Origin: Oscillospiraceae bacterium
GTDB taxonomy: Bacteria > Bacillota > Clostridia > Oscillospirales > Acutalibacteraceae
Length of the DNA: 64,000 nucleotides
Assembly (NCBI GenBank): GCA_036652055.1
Contig: JAVVWP010000004.1
Location: forward strand, 14,100-78,099
Reading direction: 5' to 3'
Below the pieces are notes generated by a model, which was not told the origin of the DNA, did no database searches, and saw only the letters and a program-made list of their open reading frames with translations. Below, piece after piece: positions 1-9,613 of the stretch. The translations under genes were made by a program, and so were the position numbers. The stretch's first letter is position 1; each line of letters starts with the position of its first letter.

Positions 1-1280
1 AGCTCGTCCACAATTAAGGCTTCGCAATCAAGCGGATTTCGCATATTTCTTTTAAAAAGGGGTTTATCAGAATCGTCCCACTCGACCTCTAAAAGCCTAT
101 GAATTGTTTTTGCATCTTCTCCTGTTAATTCTGTCATTCTTTTTGCAGCTCTACCTGTTGGTGCGGCAAGAGAAATATTAAGCTTATCATTTTGAAAAAG
201 TCGCAAAATTCCCTTTAAAGTTGTTGTTTTACCCGTTCCCGGTCCGCCTGTTAATATTAAAATTCCTTTATTTATAGCGGTTCTTATAGCATCTTTTTGC
301 TTTTCTTCATATTCTATTTTGTCTTTTTTTTCTATCTTTTCTATTTCTTTATCAAGAGTTTCTTTTTGTGGTGGGGGAAATTTTAAAAGGACTTTTATTC
401 TATCACTTATTGATTTTTCATCATTATATGCTGTCAATAAAAATACAAATTCTTTTGACTGTATTATTTTTACCACAAGTTTATTTTCTTTTGAAAGCTC
501 ATCAATTAATATATCTATCGTATCTTTATTTGTTCTTAAATAATCTGCTGATATATCTATTAATTTATTTCGAGGCAGGCAAGTATGCCCATTTCTATAA
601 AGATTTTCTTTAACTATATGAACAATTCCTGCTTTTATTCGAAAAGAATTTTCAGGCGGATTTGGCAATTTTTCAGCTATAAATTCTGCCCTTTCAAATC
701 CAATTCCACTAACTTCTGTTAAATCGTAAGGATTGTTTAAAACCATTTTTACTACATTTGTGCCAAACTGTTTATATGCCAAAATGCACTCGTTTGGAGT
801 CATTCCATAAGCTTCAAGCGACATCATAATTGCTCTCACTGCAAACTGTTGGCGGTAGCTTTCACTCATTTTGCGTGCCTTATCAAGTGAAATTCCGTTA
901 ATCGTTGCAAGCTGTTCTGGCTCGTTTTCAAGTATTTCAAATGATTTATCACCGAATTTTTCTATTATTTTCTGTGCTGTTGCAGGTCCAATCCCTTTAA
1001 TTGCACCTGCCGCAAGATAGTTAAAAAGCTGTTCTGTCGTAGCTGGCATACTTCGTTCAAAAGCGTCTGCCTTAAACTGTCTACCAAAAGTGCTATGATA
1101 AGACCATTCGCCTGACATTTTAACGCTTTCGCCAACCGATATATCAGAACAAACACCGACAGCCGTGATAAGTTCATCATCACAGCTAATCTCAAGCACG
1201 GTGTAACCATTTAGGTCATTACGAAATTTAATGTCTTCAACCGTTCCGCTTATTATAATTTTTTCAGGTTCTTCATTCAT
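1..1280 (-). CDS. recD2: RecD2-type ATP-dependent DNA helicase (RecD/TraA family), N-terminal ~426 codons; the 3' end lies beyond the window start
   Basis: Missing from the ORF track because it runs off the window edge. My reverse-strand translation from the ATG at 1280-1278 reads MNEEPEKIIISGTVEDIKFRNDLNGYTVLEISCDDELITAVG. Near nt 260-1 it reads LTGGPGTGKTTTLKGILRLF..LAAPTGRAAKRMTELTGEDAKTIHRLLEV..ALIVDEL (Walker A, motif Ia, Walker B). Its start overlaps the upstream ORF's stop (ATGA). Confidence 0.8.
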   Translation of the reverse strand, partial: MNEEPEKIIISGTVEDIKFRNDLNGYTVLEISCDDELITAVGVCSDISVGESVKMSGEWSYHSTFGRQFKADAFERSMPATTEQLFNYLAAGAIKGIGPATAQKIIEKFGDKSFEILENEPEQLATINGISLDKARKMSESYRQQFAVRAIMMSLEAYGMTPNECILAYKQFGTNVVKMVLNNPYDLTEVSGIGFERAEFIAEKLPNPPENSFRIKAGIVHIVKENLYRNGHTCLPRNKLIDISADYLRTNKDTIDILIDELSKENKLVVKIIQSKEFVFLLTAYNDEKSISDRIKVLLKFPPPQKETLDKEIEKIEKKDKIEYEEKQKDAIRTAINKGILILTGGPGTGKTTTLKGILRLFQNDKLNISLAAPTGRAAKRMTELTGEDAKTIHRLLEVEWDDSDKPLFKRNMRNPLDCEALIVDE

Positions 1281-1612
1281 TTAACAAATTCCTCTAACTC
1301 GGAAAAGCTACAAAGATAAATACCATTGCTTTCACGGCACACATTAAGGCAAGCGAGTCTATCCGCCTCATTCATTCCCGTGTCTAAAACAATAACTCTA
1401 CCATAGCTTTCATCACCGATTAAATTCATTTTCATTCTTGCAGCATATGCGGCTGCGGAAATGTCTTTTGTTGTCTTTTTGCTCGGAATTATTATGTAAT
1501 ATTCATACCTTTGCTTTGGTAGTAGCAGCTTTAACATAATTCCATAAGCAAGTGCGATAAGCCCAAATAAAATAAGACCGACAAAAATTGCACCAAAAAA
1601 GCTCTCTAACAT
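1277..1612 (-). CDS. hypothetical small membrane-anchored protein (111 aa)
   Basis: N-terminal hydrophobic helix FFGAIFVGLILFGLIALAYGIMLKLLL followed by a ~75-aa soluble part. A GAGG SD lies 7 nt upstream of the ATG. The stop overlaps the recD2 start. I do not recognise the family. Confidence 0.55.
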   Translation of the reverse strand: MLESFFGAIFVGLILFGLIALAYGIMLKLLLPKQRYEYYIIIPSKKTTKDISAAAYAARMKMNLIGDESYGRVIVLDTGMNEADRLACLNVCRESNGIYLCSFSELEEFVK

Positions 1613-1619
1613 AAAATCA

Positions 1620-1639
1620 CCTCATAACATTGTATGAGG
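1620..1639 (-). terminator. hairpin just 3' of RNase P RNA; its 3' arm contains the SD of the next ORF
   Basis: The minus strand reads CCTCATA-caatgt-TATGAGG followed by tgatttta then ATG (1612). It is a 7-bp perfect stem and the U-tract is weak. Confidence 0.4.
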
Positions 1640-1651
1640 CGATAGCTTTCA

Positions 1652-1992
1652 ATGTGAGTAAACCTGTAAGCCGAGTTCTGTCTTTTAAAGCAATTATCTA
1701 TCTAAACCCACTGTTACCAATGGGTTTTAGCCACCCGTCGAAGTATTTGCCCAGCTGACAACTTCAGTCGGTGTTGCATCAGGTAGGGTTTACTTAGCCG
1801 TACAGTTACCTGCACGCTGGTGAGCTCTTACCTCGCCTTTCCACCCTTACCACTTTCGTGGCGGTATATCTCTATGCACTGTCCCGAAGGTCGCCCTTGG
1901 CGGCCGTTAGCCGTTACCCTGCTGTGTGATGCTCGGACTTTCCTCACGGATTTTAAGAAAACTTAAATCCCCGCAATTGCTCAGTTTACTCG
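1652..1992 (-). ncRNA. rnpB: RNase P RNA, bacterial type A
   Basis: The minus strand carries the universal P4 strands GAGGAAAGTCCGAGC and ACAGAACTCGGCTTA. The type-A segment GGTAAGGGTGGAAAGGCGAGGTAAGAGCTCACCAG is present. P1 pairing is GAGTAAAC (5') with GTTTACTC (3'). The region is visibly GC-richer than its flanks and has no ORF. Ends are +/-10 nt. Confidence 0.88.
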
Positions 1993-2043
1993 TATTTTAT
2001 TATAATACAAATGTTCGGTAATGTCAACTGAATAAAAGTTTTT

Positions 2044-2127
2044 GTCATTCAAAACGCAAGTGAAGAATTGCAAGGTTACAACGATGATTGCTTAGTGGAT
2101 GAGATCCTTCGCTGTACTCAGGATAAC
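2044..2127. repeat. imperfect inverted pair of a GTCATTC..GCGAAGAAT-type motif
   Basis: Plus-strand 2044-2071 reads gtcattcaaaacgcaagtgaagaattgc. The reverse complement of 2101-2127 reads gttatcctgagtacagcgaaggatctc. Both resemble gtcattctgagcttgcgaagaatctc at 35607-35632. Confidence 0.5.
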
Positions 2128-2135
2128 ACATTTAG

Positions 2136-2167
2136 AAAAAGCAGTTCTCAGATGAAAACTGCTTTTA
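2136..2167 (-). terminator. rho-independent terminator of the Clp ATPase gene
   Basis: AGCAGTT-N10-AACTGCT stem flanked by A/T runs, starting 5 nt after the stop at 2172. Confidence 0.7.
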
Positions 2168-2171
2168 ATAT

Positions 2172-4502
2172 TTATTTAACTTTTAACTCAATTTCGCCAT
2201 TTTTAACTGACAGTGTAATTGATTTTGTTGGCGTTTCAAAATGTTCAACAAGATATGATGAAATTTTATCTTCAACATTTCTTCTTATAACATTTCTAAG
2301 GTCACGAGCCCCTCTGATATTACCGTCCATTTTTGTAACTAACAAACTTGGGACTTCATCTGAATACTTAAATGTAATTGCTTTATCAAAAAGTGCAGTT
2401 ACAAGGTCTTGGAGCATTAGAACTGCAATTTTTTCATAGTCCTCTTTTGAAAGTTCATTAAAGACAACAACTTCATCAATTCTTCCGATAAATTCAGGGC
2501 GAAGAAATTCATTAAGTGCCTTGACTGCCATTTCTTTTTTAACATCAGATGTGTTTTTGCCAAAGCCTAATGCACTTTCCTTACGCTCACTGCCTGCATT
2601 TGAAGTCATTATTATTACTGTATTTGCAAAATTCACTGCTCGACCGTGGGCATCATTGGTTTTGCCCTCATCTAAGATTTGAAGAAGAATATTCATAACA
2701 TCTGGGTGAGCTTTTTCAATTTCATCAAAAAGAATTATTGAATAAGGCTTTCTTCTAACCTTTTCTGTTAGCTGCCCCGCTTCGTCATAACCTACATATC
2801 CAGGAGGCGAACCAATTAGTCGAGAGATAGAATGTTTTTCCATAAATTCTGACATATCAAATCTTATAAGAGTTTCTGGAGTATCAAAAAGTTCTGCTGA
2901 CAACAGCTTTACAAGCTCTGTTTTGCCCACACCTGTTGGACCAACAAAAATAAAAGATGCAGGTCTTTTTTGCAGGCTAAGCTGAACACGGCTACGCTTA
3001 ATTGCCGCTGCGACAAGCATAACTGCATTGTCTTGACCGATTAAATGCTCTTTAAGCCTATTTTCAAGCCCTGAAAGTCGCTTTAAATCGCCCTCCATAA
3101 CCTTTGATGATGGAATTCCTGTCCACAAATTTATAACCTTTGCAAGGTCATCTGCTGTAACCGCATTATCTTTTGCTTTTAAGGCAAGACCATCTTCAAG
3201 ACCTTGTTCTGAAAGGATTTCTGCTCTTACTCTTGCAAGCTCCTCATAATCTGGAGTCTGCGTTTCTACCATTAAGTCTTCTTCATCTTTTTTAAGTGAT
3301 GATAGTTTTTTAAGAAATTTTTCATAATCGCTGATTGATTTATTACGAAGGTTTGCACAAGTACAAGCTTCATCAAGCAAATCTATTGCTTTATCGGGCA
3401 AAAATCTATCAGTTATATATCTTTCTGAAAGCGTAACTGCTTTATAAACAAGTGCATCACTGATTTCGACTTTATGAAATTCCTCATAATATTTTTTTAT
3501 TCCGAGAAGCATATCATAGGTATCATTTATTGATGGTTCTTCAATTTTTACAGGCTGAAAACGCCTTTCAAGAGCAGCATCTTTTTCAATATGCTTTCTG
3601 TATTCATTAAAAGTAGTTGCACCGATAACCTGAATTTCTCCACGAGAAAGTGCTGGCTTTAAAATATTGGCTGCATTCATCGTTCCCTCTGAATCGCCCG
3701 TGCCAACAAGATTATGGACTTCATCAATAAACAATATGATGTTGCCTTCATTTTTAACTTCATCAATAAGCCCTTTAATACGGCTTTCAAATTGACCTCT
3801 GAACTGAGTTCCTGCAACAAGTGCAGTAAGGTCAAGAAGATGAATTTCTTTGTCGGCAATTTTTGCAGGAACGCTGCCTTCTGCAATTCTTAGTGCAAGC
3901 CCCTCGGCAATAGCTGTTTTACCAACACCAGGCTCACCAATAAGGCAAGGGTTGTTTTTTGTTCTTCTGCAAAGAATTTGAATTGTTCTATATATTTCTT
4001 CATCACGACCGATAATTTTATCAAGCTTATTATCTCTTGCTCGCTCGGTTAAATCAGTGCAATAAAGATTTAAATATTTTCTCTTTTTGTTTTTTGCTCC
4101 CTGCTTTTTCTTTGACTTTTTTTCTTCTTTATTATCGGTTTGTACAGTAGCGATTAATTGCCTATCGTCATCGTCTTGTTCATCATCATCAATTTCATCG
4201 CTTTCGCTTTTTCCATTTGGGAACATTCCTTGTAAAAATGACAATGGCAATGCACCGCCGGGCTGAAAGTTTTCGTCGCCCTCCATACCGTCCATCATCT
4301 GTTCCATTTGGGCTGCAACATCTTTCATCTCGTCTTCAGAAATTCCCATCTGCTCCATTATTTGCTTGACAGGACCGATATTTAGCTCCATTGCACATTT
4401 AATGCAAAGTCCCTCGTTGGTGGTTTTGTCACCCTCAACTTTTGAAATAAAAAACACAGCAGGGTTCTTTTTACATCTACTGCAAATCATATTATTATTC
4501 AT
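2172..4502 (-). CDS. clpE: Clp/Hsp100 two-AAA+ ATPase, ClpE-like (N-terminal zinc ribbon instead of Clp_N repeats)
   Basis: 776 aa. Contains CSRC..(22 aa)..CIKC at the N-terminus, Walker A motifs [13 protein letters not shown] and [12 protein letters not shown], and an LGF ClpP-docking tripeptide (SALGFGK). The family call is firm. The ClpE subtype rests on the zinc-finger pattern. Confidence 0.85.
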   Translation of the reverse strand: MNNNMICSRCKKNPAVFFISKVEGDKTTNEGLCIKCAMELNIGPVKQIMEQMGISEDEMKDVAAQMEQMMDGMEGDENFQPGGALPLSFLQGMFPNGKSESDEIDDDEQDDDDRQLIATVQTDNKEEKKSKKKQGAKNKKRKYLNLYCTDLTERARDNKLDKIIGRDEEIYRTIQILCRRTKNNPCLIGEPGVGKTAIAEGLALRIAEGSVPAKIADKEIHLLDLTALVAGTQFRGQFESRIKGLIDEVKNEGNIILFIDEVHNLVGTGDSEGTMNAANILKPALSRGEIQVIGATTFNEYRKHIEKDAALERRFQPVKIEEPSINDTYDMLLGIKKYYEEFHKVEISDALVYKAVTLSERYITDRFLPDKAIDLLDEACTCANLRNKSISDYEKFLKKLSSLKKDEEDLMVETQTPDYEELARVRAEILSEQGLEDGLALKAKDNAVTADDLAKVINLWTGIPSSKVMEGDLKRLSGLENRLKEHLIGQDNAVMLVAAAIKRSRVQLSLQKRPASFIFVGPTGVGKTELVKLLSAELFDTPETLIRFDMSEFMEKHSISRLIGSPPGYVGYDEAGQLTEKVRRKPYSIILFDEIEKAHPDVMNILLQILDEGKTNDAHGRAVNFANTVIIMTSNAGSERKESALGFGKNTSDVKKEMAVKALNEFLRPEFIGRIDEVVVFNELSKEDYEKIAVLMLQDLVTALFDKAITFKYSDEVPSLLVTKMDGNIRGARDLRNVIRRNVEDKISSYLVEHFETPTKSITLSVKNGEIELKVK

Positions 4503-4505
4503 TCG

Positions 4506-5132
4506 TTAGTTTTCCTCTTTCTTTTTGCTTTCTTTGAACTGCTTTATTGTACCTGGGATATAGCTTAAAAGAGCCACTAATGTAAGTATTGCTGATATTA
4601 TTACAAGTGCTATCATTACGGATTTAGGCAAAACAAAGAACGAAGTTAAAGCGCCGATTTCTGGTCCAAAAGCGATAATAGTACACATTACAGCATAAAA
4701 TACCATTGTTGCTACCTTACCATAAATTTCAGCTGCTGACGGGCGAAGCCCCATAAATATCATAATTGCCCCGACTACTACCATTAATGCTTCTTTAAAC
4801 AGGAAGAACATAAATACCCATTTAAACCATTTCATTGTAGGATCGGTTGACTTTCCAAAATAAAAGAATAACACAACTGCTATGGTGATTTGTGTCAATT
4901 TATCTGCAATAGGGTCAAGCATTTTTCCAAGTTCACTGATTTGATTAAATCTTCTTGCGATTTTTCCATCAAAAAAGTCTGTAAGCCCTGAAATAAACAG
5001 GACAACTACTGCCCAAAAAATTTTACCATCATAAAAAAGCACTCCAAAAACAGGAATTAATGCAATCCTTATAACACATAGTAGATTTGGAATTGTAAGT
5101 GACCCCTTGAACAAGTTTTTAAAATTTTCCAT
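4506..5132 (-). CDS. pgsA: CDP-diacylglycerol--glycerol-3-phosphate 3-phosphatidyltransferase
   Basis: CDP-alcohol phosphatidyltransferase motif DFFDGKIARRFNQISELGKMLDPIADK, multi-TM, 208 aa. Confidence 0.8.
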   Translation of the reverse strand: MENFKNLFKGSLTIPNLLCVIRIALIPVFGVLFYDGKIFWAVVVLFISGLTDFFDGKIARRFNQISELGKMLDPIADKLTQITIAVVLFFYFGKSTDPTMKWFKWVFMFFLFKEALMVVVGAIMIFMGLRPSAAEIYGKVATMVFYAVMCTIIAFGPEIGALTSFFVLPKSVMIALVIISAILTLVALLSYIPGTIKQFKESKKKEEN

Positions 5133-5149
5133 TATAATTTTCCCCTTAA

Positions 5150-5851
5150 TTATTTTTTAAACATCTCAATTGGATTTACATCATTGCAAAGTGCAACTAT
5201 TTTTGATGAATTAACTGCTGATTTTATTGCTTCGTTTGTCTTTGGTGCTATAAAAGTTAAAGCTGAACAAATAAACACAAGAATTAGCATTCCTTTAGCA
5301 GCACCAAAAATTGCACCCAAAAGCATATTTACAGGTTTTATTAAAGGCAGCTTAAACATCTTATTAATACCTCTTGCAGCAAATTTAAGTATAAACCCTA
5401 AAAGCACACAGAGAACTATAAATACTATGCTTTTCATAACAGTTACAACAATAGGTTTTGCAACTTTTTCTTCAAGCTCATTAGCTATATTAGAATTTGA
5501 AAGATCTGCTGACAATATTTTTTGCGAAAGCTCGCCAACATCTATACCAACTTTTTTTGCATAAGACGAATAAAATGATGGGATTGAGTCTAATATTGCT
5601 GAAGCTTTTTTAGCATAGGTTACACCCTCAGCATTATTTGGAAGTTTTTCCTCAATACTTGATTGTATATTTTTTCCCATAAAGCCATCATAAATTGCGG
5701 TTGAAAATGGAGCTGCAAGCTGAAAGGCAAGAACTATTGCTAAAATAAAAGCAGCAACTTCAAGTATTGAAAGAACAAATCCTTTTTTAGCGGCAAAAAT
5801 TACTATTGCCAAAAATACTACTGCTAATATTACATCAATTATGATATTCAT
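5150..5851 (-). CDS. cvpA: CvpA-family membrane protein
   Basis: MNIIIDVILAVVFLAIVIFAAKKGFV.. N-terminus and a 4-5 TM layout typical of CvpA. I chose the ATG at 5851 because GGAGG lies 8 nt upstream. The ORF-track start (5875) is a TTG. Confidence 0.6.
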   Translation of the reverse strand: MNIIIDVILAVVFLAIVIFAAKKGFVLSILEVAAFILAIVLAFQLAAPFSTAIYDGFMGKNIQSSIEEKLPNNAEGVTYAKKASAILDSIPSFYSSYAKKVGIDVGELSQKILSADLSNSNIANELEEKVAKPIVVTVMKSIVFIVLCVLLGFILKFAARGINKMFKLPLIKPVNMLLGAIFGAAKGMLILVFICSALTFIAPKTNEAIKSAVNSSKIVALCNDVNPIEMFKK

Positions 5852-5894
5852 AAATTTTGACCTCCGTATGAACAAATTATTTTTTTAATTAAAA

Positions 5895-7148
5895 CTATGC
5901 AATTGCTTTTTCCGTAGACTGCGAAGATGTAGTTTCATTTAGAACATTTTTTTCGGTATGCTTCTCTTTTTCTCCGATTGTTCTATAACAATCAATTTTG
6001 CTTGTAGTCCATTCATATGTGTATGTACCTAAAGTAAATACTTTTATTCCGTCGCTCTCTACCTCCATTCTTCCTATTTCTTTTCCTTTTCGATTGTAAT
6101 TAATAATTTCATTATCAGTTAAAATCGAAATATTACTACCATCAGTAGAAACACTTCTTATTCCTTTATTGATTTCGGTTTCAAAAAGCAAAGTGCCTTT
6201 TTTATTGTATACCTTAACTATTTTTGATGTTGCACTTCCATATTTTGAAAGCACACAAACGCTTATATTGCTGTCACTTGTGCATATTCTTGATAAAGTA
6301 TTGAGGCTTAAATCCTCTTCTTTTTTATCTTTTAAATTATTAAGCAGGCAAAAGGTTTTTTCACCAGTTATTAAAAGATTATTGCCATATAAAAATTCGA
6401 CCTTTGAAATGATTTTTCCTGCAAAATCCAATTGATTTATAGGCTCTGCATAGGCAAAATCAAACACTACAACTTTTGTATAAAGCTCTCCATTTTCAGC
6501 ACCAACTAAAATTACTGCCGCCTTTTTTCCATTGTCTGATATATCAATTCCTATTATATTTTCTTTTGCACATGCCCAACGAAAAACCTCTTTTTGGTTT
6601 TTATCTAATACAATTAATTCAGAAACAGATGCTTCACCTCTAACTGCAAGCCCTATTGTACCATTTCTTCCAATTGCTCCAGTTAATATCTTTTGTTTGG
6701 TTTTACCTTCATATAGCACCTTTGTTTTTGACTGAACTCTATATGAGGTTTCGCCGACATCAATCATTAACGCTCGTGAACCAACGCTGTCAACTATCGG
6801 ATTTGAATATGTGTGCTGAAGCGTTGAAACACGCCTTGCCGTGCTATCAAGCACAATCGTGCTATCGTTTGCGAGAATTAAAAAGTCTGAACCTATTGGT
6901 TTAATATCGTTTGCTGATAAATTTTCAAAATAATAAGGGTATCCGTTTCCTCTTTTTGTTCCGGAAATCACTGAATTAACATAATCGCCTACACTTGAAA
7001 AAGTGATGTTTCCAAAAGTGTCCGCCGCTATAAAAAGAAGCACAAGCATTACAAGAATAACAGAAACTGCTTTTATGATTTTTATAAGCGGTTCTTGATT
7101 TTTTGTAGTTTTTTTCTTTTTAGTGGTTTTGTTTTTACCCTCTGCCAT
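5895..7148 (-). CDS. hypothetical membrane-anchored protein, probably beta-rich extracytoplasmic domain (resembles what I recall as DUF5711)
   Basis: 417 aa. It has a Lys-rich N-terminus, one TM (AVSVILVMLVLLFIAA), then a long hydrophilic region with repeated beta-strand-like segments. No catalytic motif recognised. Confidence 0.55.
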   Translation of the reverse strand: MAEGKNKTTKKKKTTKNQEPLIKIIKAVSVILVMLVLLFIAADTFGNITFSSVGDYVNSVISGTKRGNGYPYYFENLSANDIKPIGSDFLILANDSTIVLDSTARRVSTLQHTYSNPIVDSVGSRALMIDVGETSYRVQSKTKVLYEGKTKQKILTGAIGRNGTIGLAVRGEASVSELIVLDKNQKEVFRWACAKENIIGIDISDNGKKAAVILVGAENGELYTKVVVFDFAYAEPINQLDFAGKIISKVEFLYGNNLLITGEKTFCLLNNLKDKKEEDLSLNTLSRICTSDSNISVCVLSKYGSATSKIVKVYNKKGTLLFETEINKGIRSVSTDGSNISILTDNEIINYNRKGKEIGRMEVESDGIKVFTLGTYTYEWTTSKIDCYRTIGEKEKHTEKNVLNETTSSQSTEKAIA

Positions 7149-7161
7149 TATTTATCAATCC

Positions 7162-7899
7162 TTAATTATAATTAACTTTATTAAGATATAACCCTTCAGG
7201 CGGAGCTGTTGCCCCTGCATTGTTTCTGTTTTTGGATTTAATTATATTTTGTATTTGGTTTCTCTTGATTTTTCCGCTGTTAATATCTAAAAGAGTTCCA
7301 ACCATAATCCTAACCATATTATATAAAAAGCCATCACCTAAAAAGGTTATTTCTATTATATCACCTTTTCGCTCGATTTTGGCATCTTTTATTTCTCTTA
7401 CCTTATCATCAACGCTGCTTCCTGCGGCACAAAATGCTGAAAAGTCATTAATTCCTATAAATGCTTTGATTTCTTCGTTTAACATATTAGCATCTATCGG
7501 ATATGAATAAAAATATGCTCTGTTTTCATAAAAAGGATTTCTGTAATCAGTATTTAAAATTAAATATTTATATTCCTTTGATATACAGTCATACCTTGCG
7601 TGAAATTCAAGCGGAACTTCGCCACAAAATTTAACTGAAATATCATTAGGCAAAAGTGCATTAAGTGCCTTTTTTAATTTTTCGGGTTTAATATCTTTTT
7701 CAGTTTTCATATTACAACAAAACATATTTGCGTGAACCTTGCTGTCTGTTCTGCTACATCCAACTATATTTTCTCGCTTGCCCAATATTTTTTCAACTGC
7801 GTCTTGAAGAGTACTTTGAACAGTAACGGCATTTTCTTGAACTTGCCATCCATGATAATTTGAGCCATCATACATAAGTGCGATTAAAAAATTTTTCAC
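7162..7899 (-). CDS. truA: tRNA pseudouridine(38-40) synthase
   Basis: YDGSNYHGWQVQ and RTDSKVHA (catalytic Asp) motifs. I prefer the GTG at 7899 (AGGTGG 5 nt upstream) over the ORF-track start at 7908. Confidence 0.85.
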   Translation of the reverse strand: MKNFLIALMYDGSNYHGWQVQENAVTVQSTLQDAVEKILGKRENIVGCSRTDSKVHANMFCCNMKTEKDIKPEKLKKALNALLPNDISVKFCGEVPLEFHARYDCISKEYKYLILNTDYRNPFYENRAYFYSYPIDANMLNEEIKAFIGINDFSAFCAAGSSVDDKVREIKDAKIERKGDIIEITFLGDGFLYNMVRIMVGTLLDINSGKIKRNQIQNIIKSKNRNNAGATAPPEGLYLNKVNYN

Positions 7900-7934
7900 T
7901 AAAGCCACCTATTATGCAAACTATGCAATCCTTT

Positions 7935-8750
7935 TTATATTATCGCCGGTATATAAATATTTGAAACAATTATTCCTGCAATCAGTGCTATCATTAAAAA
8001 CATTGAAAGATAATCCCTAAAAGCTAATTTCATTATTTTAAGCCTTGTTCTGCCCTCGCCACCTCTATAACATCTACATTCCATTGCAAATGCAAGCTCA
8101 TACGCTCTCCTAAAAGAGTTTATGAATAAAGGAATGAAAATAGGTATTAATGCTTTTGCTCGTTTTATTATACTACCTGTGTCAATATCAGCTCCCCTTG
8201 CTTTTTGTGCTGACATTATTTTGTCAACCTCATCAATTAAGGTTGGGATAAATCTAAGTGCTATCGTCATCATCATTGCTATTGAATGCACATTGATTTT
8301 TAGGTGATTTAGCGGTGAAAAAAGCCTTTCAATTGCATCTGTTAGAAGCGTTGGAGAAGTGGTATAGGTTAGCATTGAGCTTGAAACTACAAGAAGTGCT
8401 ATACGCACTGTTGTGAACACAGCCATATAAACGCCGCCACTTGTGACTTTAAAGCCACCCATTTGCAACCAAATATCACCCGACTTATTGTAAAATATTT
8501 GAAGAACAGAAGTTATTGCAACTAATATAAAGATAGGTTTTACACTTTTATAAATCAGCTTTGGAGATATTTTTGAAATGAGAACTATTGTAAGAAGTAT
8601 TGCGGCAATAACACCGAGTGCAACAAAATTTTTGCAAACAAAAACAATTATAATATATGCAAAGGTTAATACAAGCTTTATTCTTGGATCTAATTTATGC
8701 ACAGGCGAATTTCCTGGGAAAAACTGACCGATAGTAATATCTTTAATCAT
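7935..8750 (-). CDS. ecfT: ECF transporter transmembrane (T) component
   Basis: 271 aa multi-TM protein with the ARG-type coupling motif region (SAQKARGAD). It sits immediately after two ECF ATPase genes and before truA, the canonical Firmicutes order. Confidence 0.8.
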   Translation of the reverse strand: MIKDITIGQFFPGNSPVHKLDPRIKLVLTFAYIIIVFVCKNFVALGVIAAILLTIVLISKISPKLIYKSVKPIFILVAITSVLQIFYNKSGDIWLQMGGFKVTSGGVYMAVFTTVRIALLVVSSSMLTYTTSPTLLTDAIERLFSPLNHLKINVHSIAMMMTIALRFIPTLIDEVDKIMSAQKARGADIDTGSIIKRAKALIPIFIPLFINSFRRAYELAFAMECRCYRGGEGRTRLKIMKLAFRDYLSMFLMIALIAGIIVSNIYIPAII

Positions 8751-9613
8751 TGCTTTACTCCCCCTTCTCGAAGGAGCTTTAAAAGCTCTTGCTTTGCTTT
8801 TTCAAGAGTATATATATCGGTTCTAACTGGAATGCCTGCTTTTTTTATATTCATAAATATTTTAGTGACTTCTGGAACATTAAGCCCGATTTCTGTAAGT
8901 CTTTCAACTTTTTCAAAAACTTCATTAACTGTTCCAAAAAATTCAACGCTTGATTTATTCATAACAAGAACTTTTGAGGCAATTTTTGCAACATCTTCCA
9001 TACTGTGAGAAACAATTATTATTGTACTGCCTGTTTCAATTCTGTATTCTTCTATCATTTTTGAAATTTTATCTCTGCCTTTTGGATCAAGACCTGCTGT
9101 TGGCTCATCTAAAATAAGAATTTCAGGTTCCATTGCCATAACGCCTGCAATTGCAGCACGCCTTTTTTCGCCACCCGACAAGTCAAATGGTGACTTATTT
9201 AACATTTCAGATTTCATACCAACAAATTCAGCTGCTCTTTTTACATTCATATCAACTTGCTCGGCTGACAGCCCCATATTATGAGGTCCAAAAGCTATAT
9301 CTTTGTATACGGTACTTTCAAAAAGCTGATATTCGGGATATTGAAAGCAAAGCCCCACTTTAAATCGTGTTTGCCTTGTAACTTCTTTGCTTGAATGAAT
9401 GTCAACTCCATCTAAAAGCACCTTGCCTGTTGTTGGCTTTAAAAGTCCGTTCAAATGCTGAACGAGCGTGCTTTTTCCTGAACCTGTATGGCCAATTATG
9501 CCAATGAGTTCACCTTTTTCAATTTTTATATTTATATTTTCAATAGCAGTAACCTTAAATGGCGTGCCATCTGAATAAACATATGATAAATTCTGCGTTT
9601 CCAATAATGCCAT
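8747..9613 (-). CDS. ecfA2: ECF transporter ATPase A2
   Basis: Walker A GHTGSGKST, signature LSGGEKRR, Walker B ILILDEPT. Confidence 0.85.
   Translation of the reverse strand: MALLETQNLSYVYSDGTPFKVTAIENINIKIEKGELIGIIGHTGSGKSTLVQHLNGLLKPTTGKVLLDGVDIHSSKEVTRQTRFKVGLCFQYPEYQLFESTVYKDIAFGPHNMGLSAEQVDMNVKRAAEFVGMKSEMLNKSPFDLSGGEKRRAAIAGVMAMEPEILILDEPTAGLDPKGRDKISKMIEEYRIETGSTIIIVSHSMEDVAKIASKVLVMNKSSVEFFGTVNEVFEKVERLTEIGLNVPEVTKIFMNIKKAGIPVRTDIYTLEKAKQELLKLLREGGVKQ

Noticed and set aside
2068-2439. 123-aa plus-strand ORF overlapping the 3' end of the Clp ATPase gene
   Set aside because: It starts inside the intergenic repeat and terminator region and then runs antisense through the well-supported clp gene. 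It has no SD and a low-complexity product.
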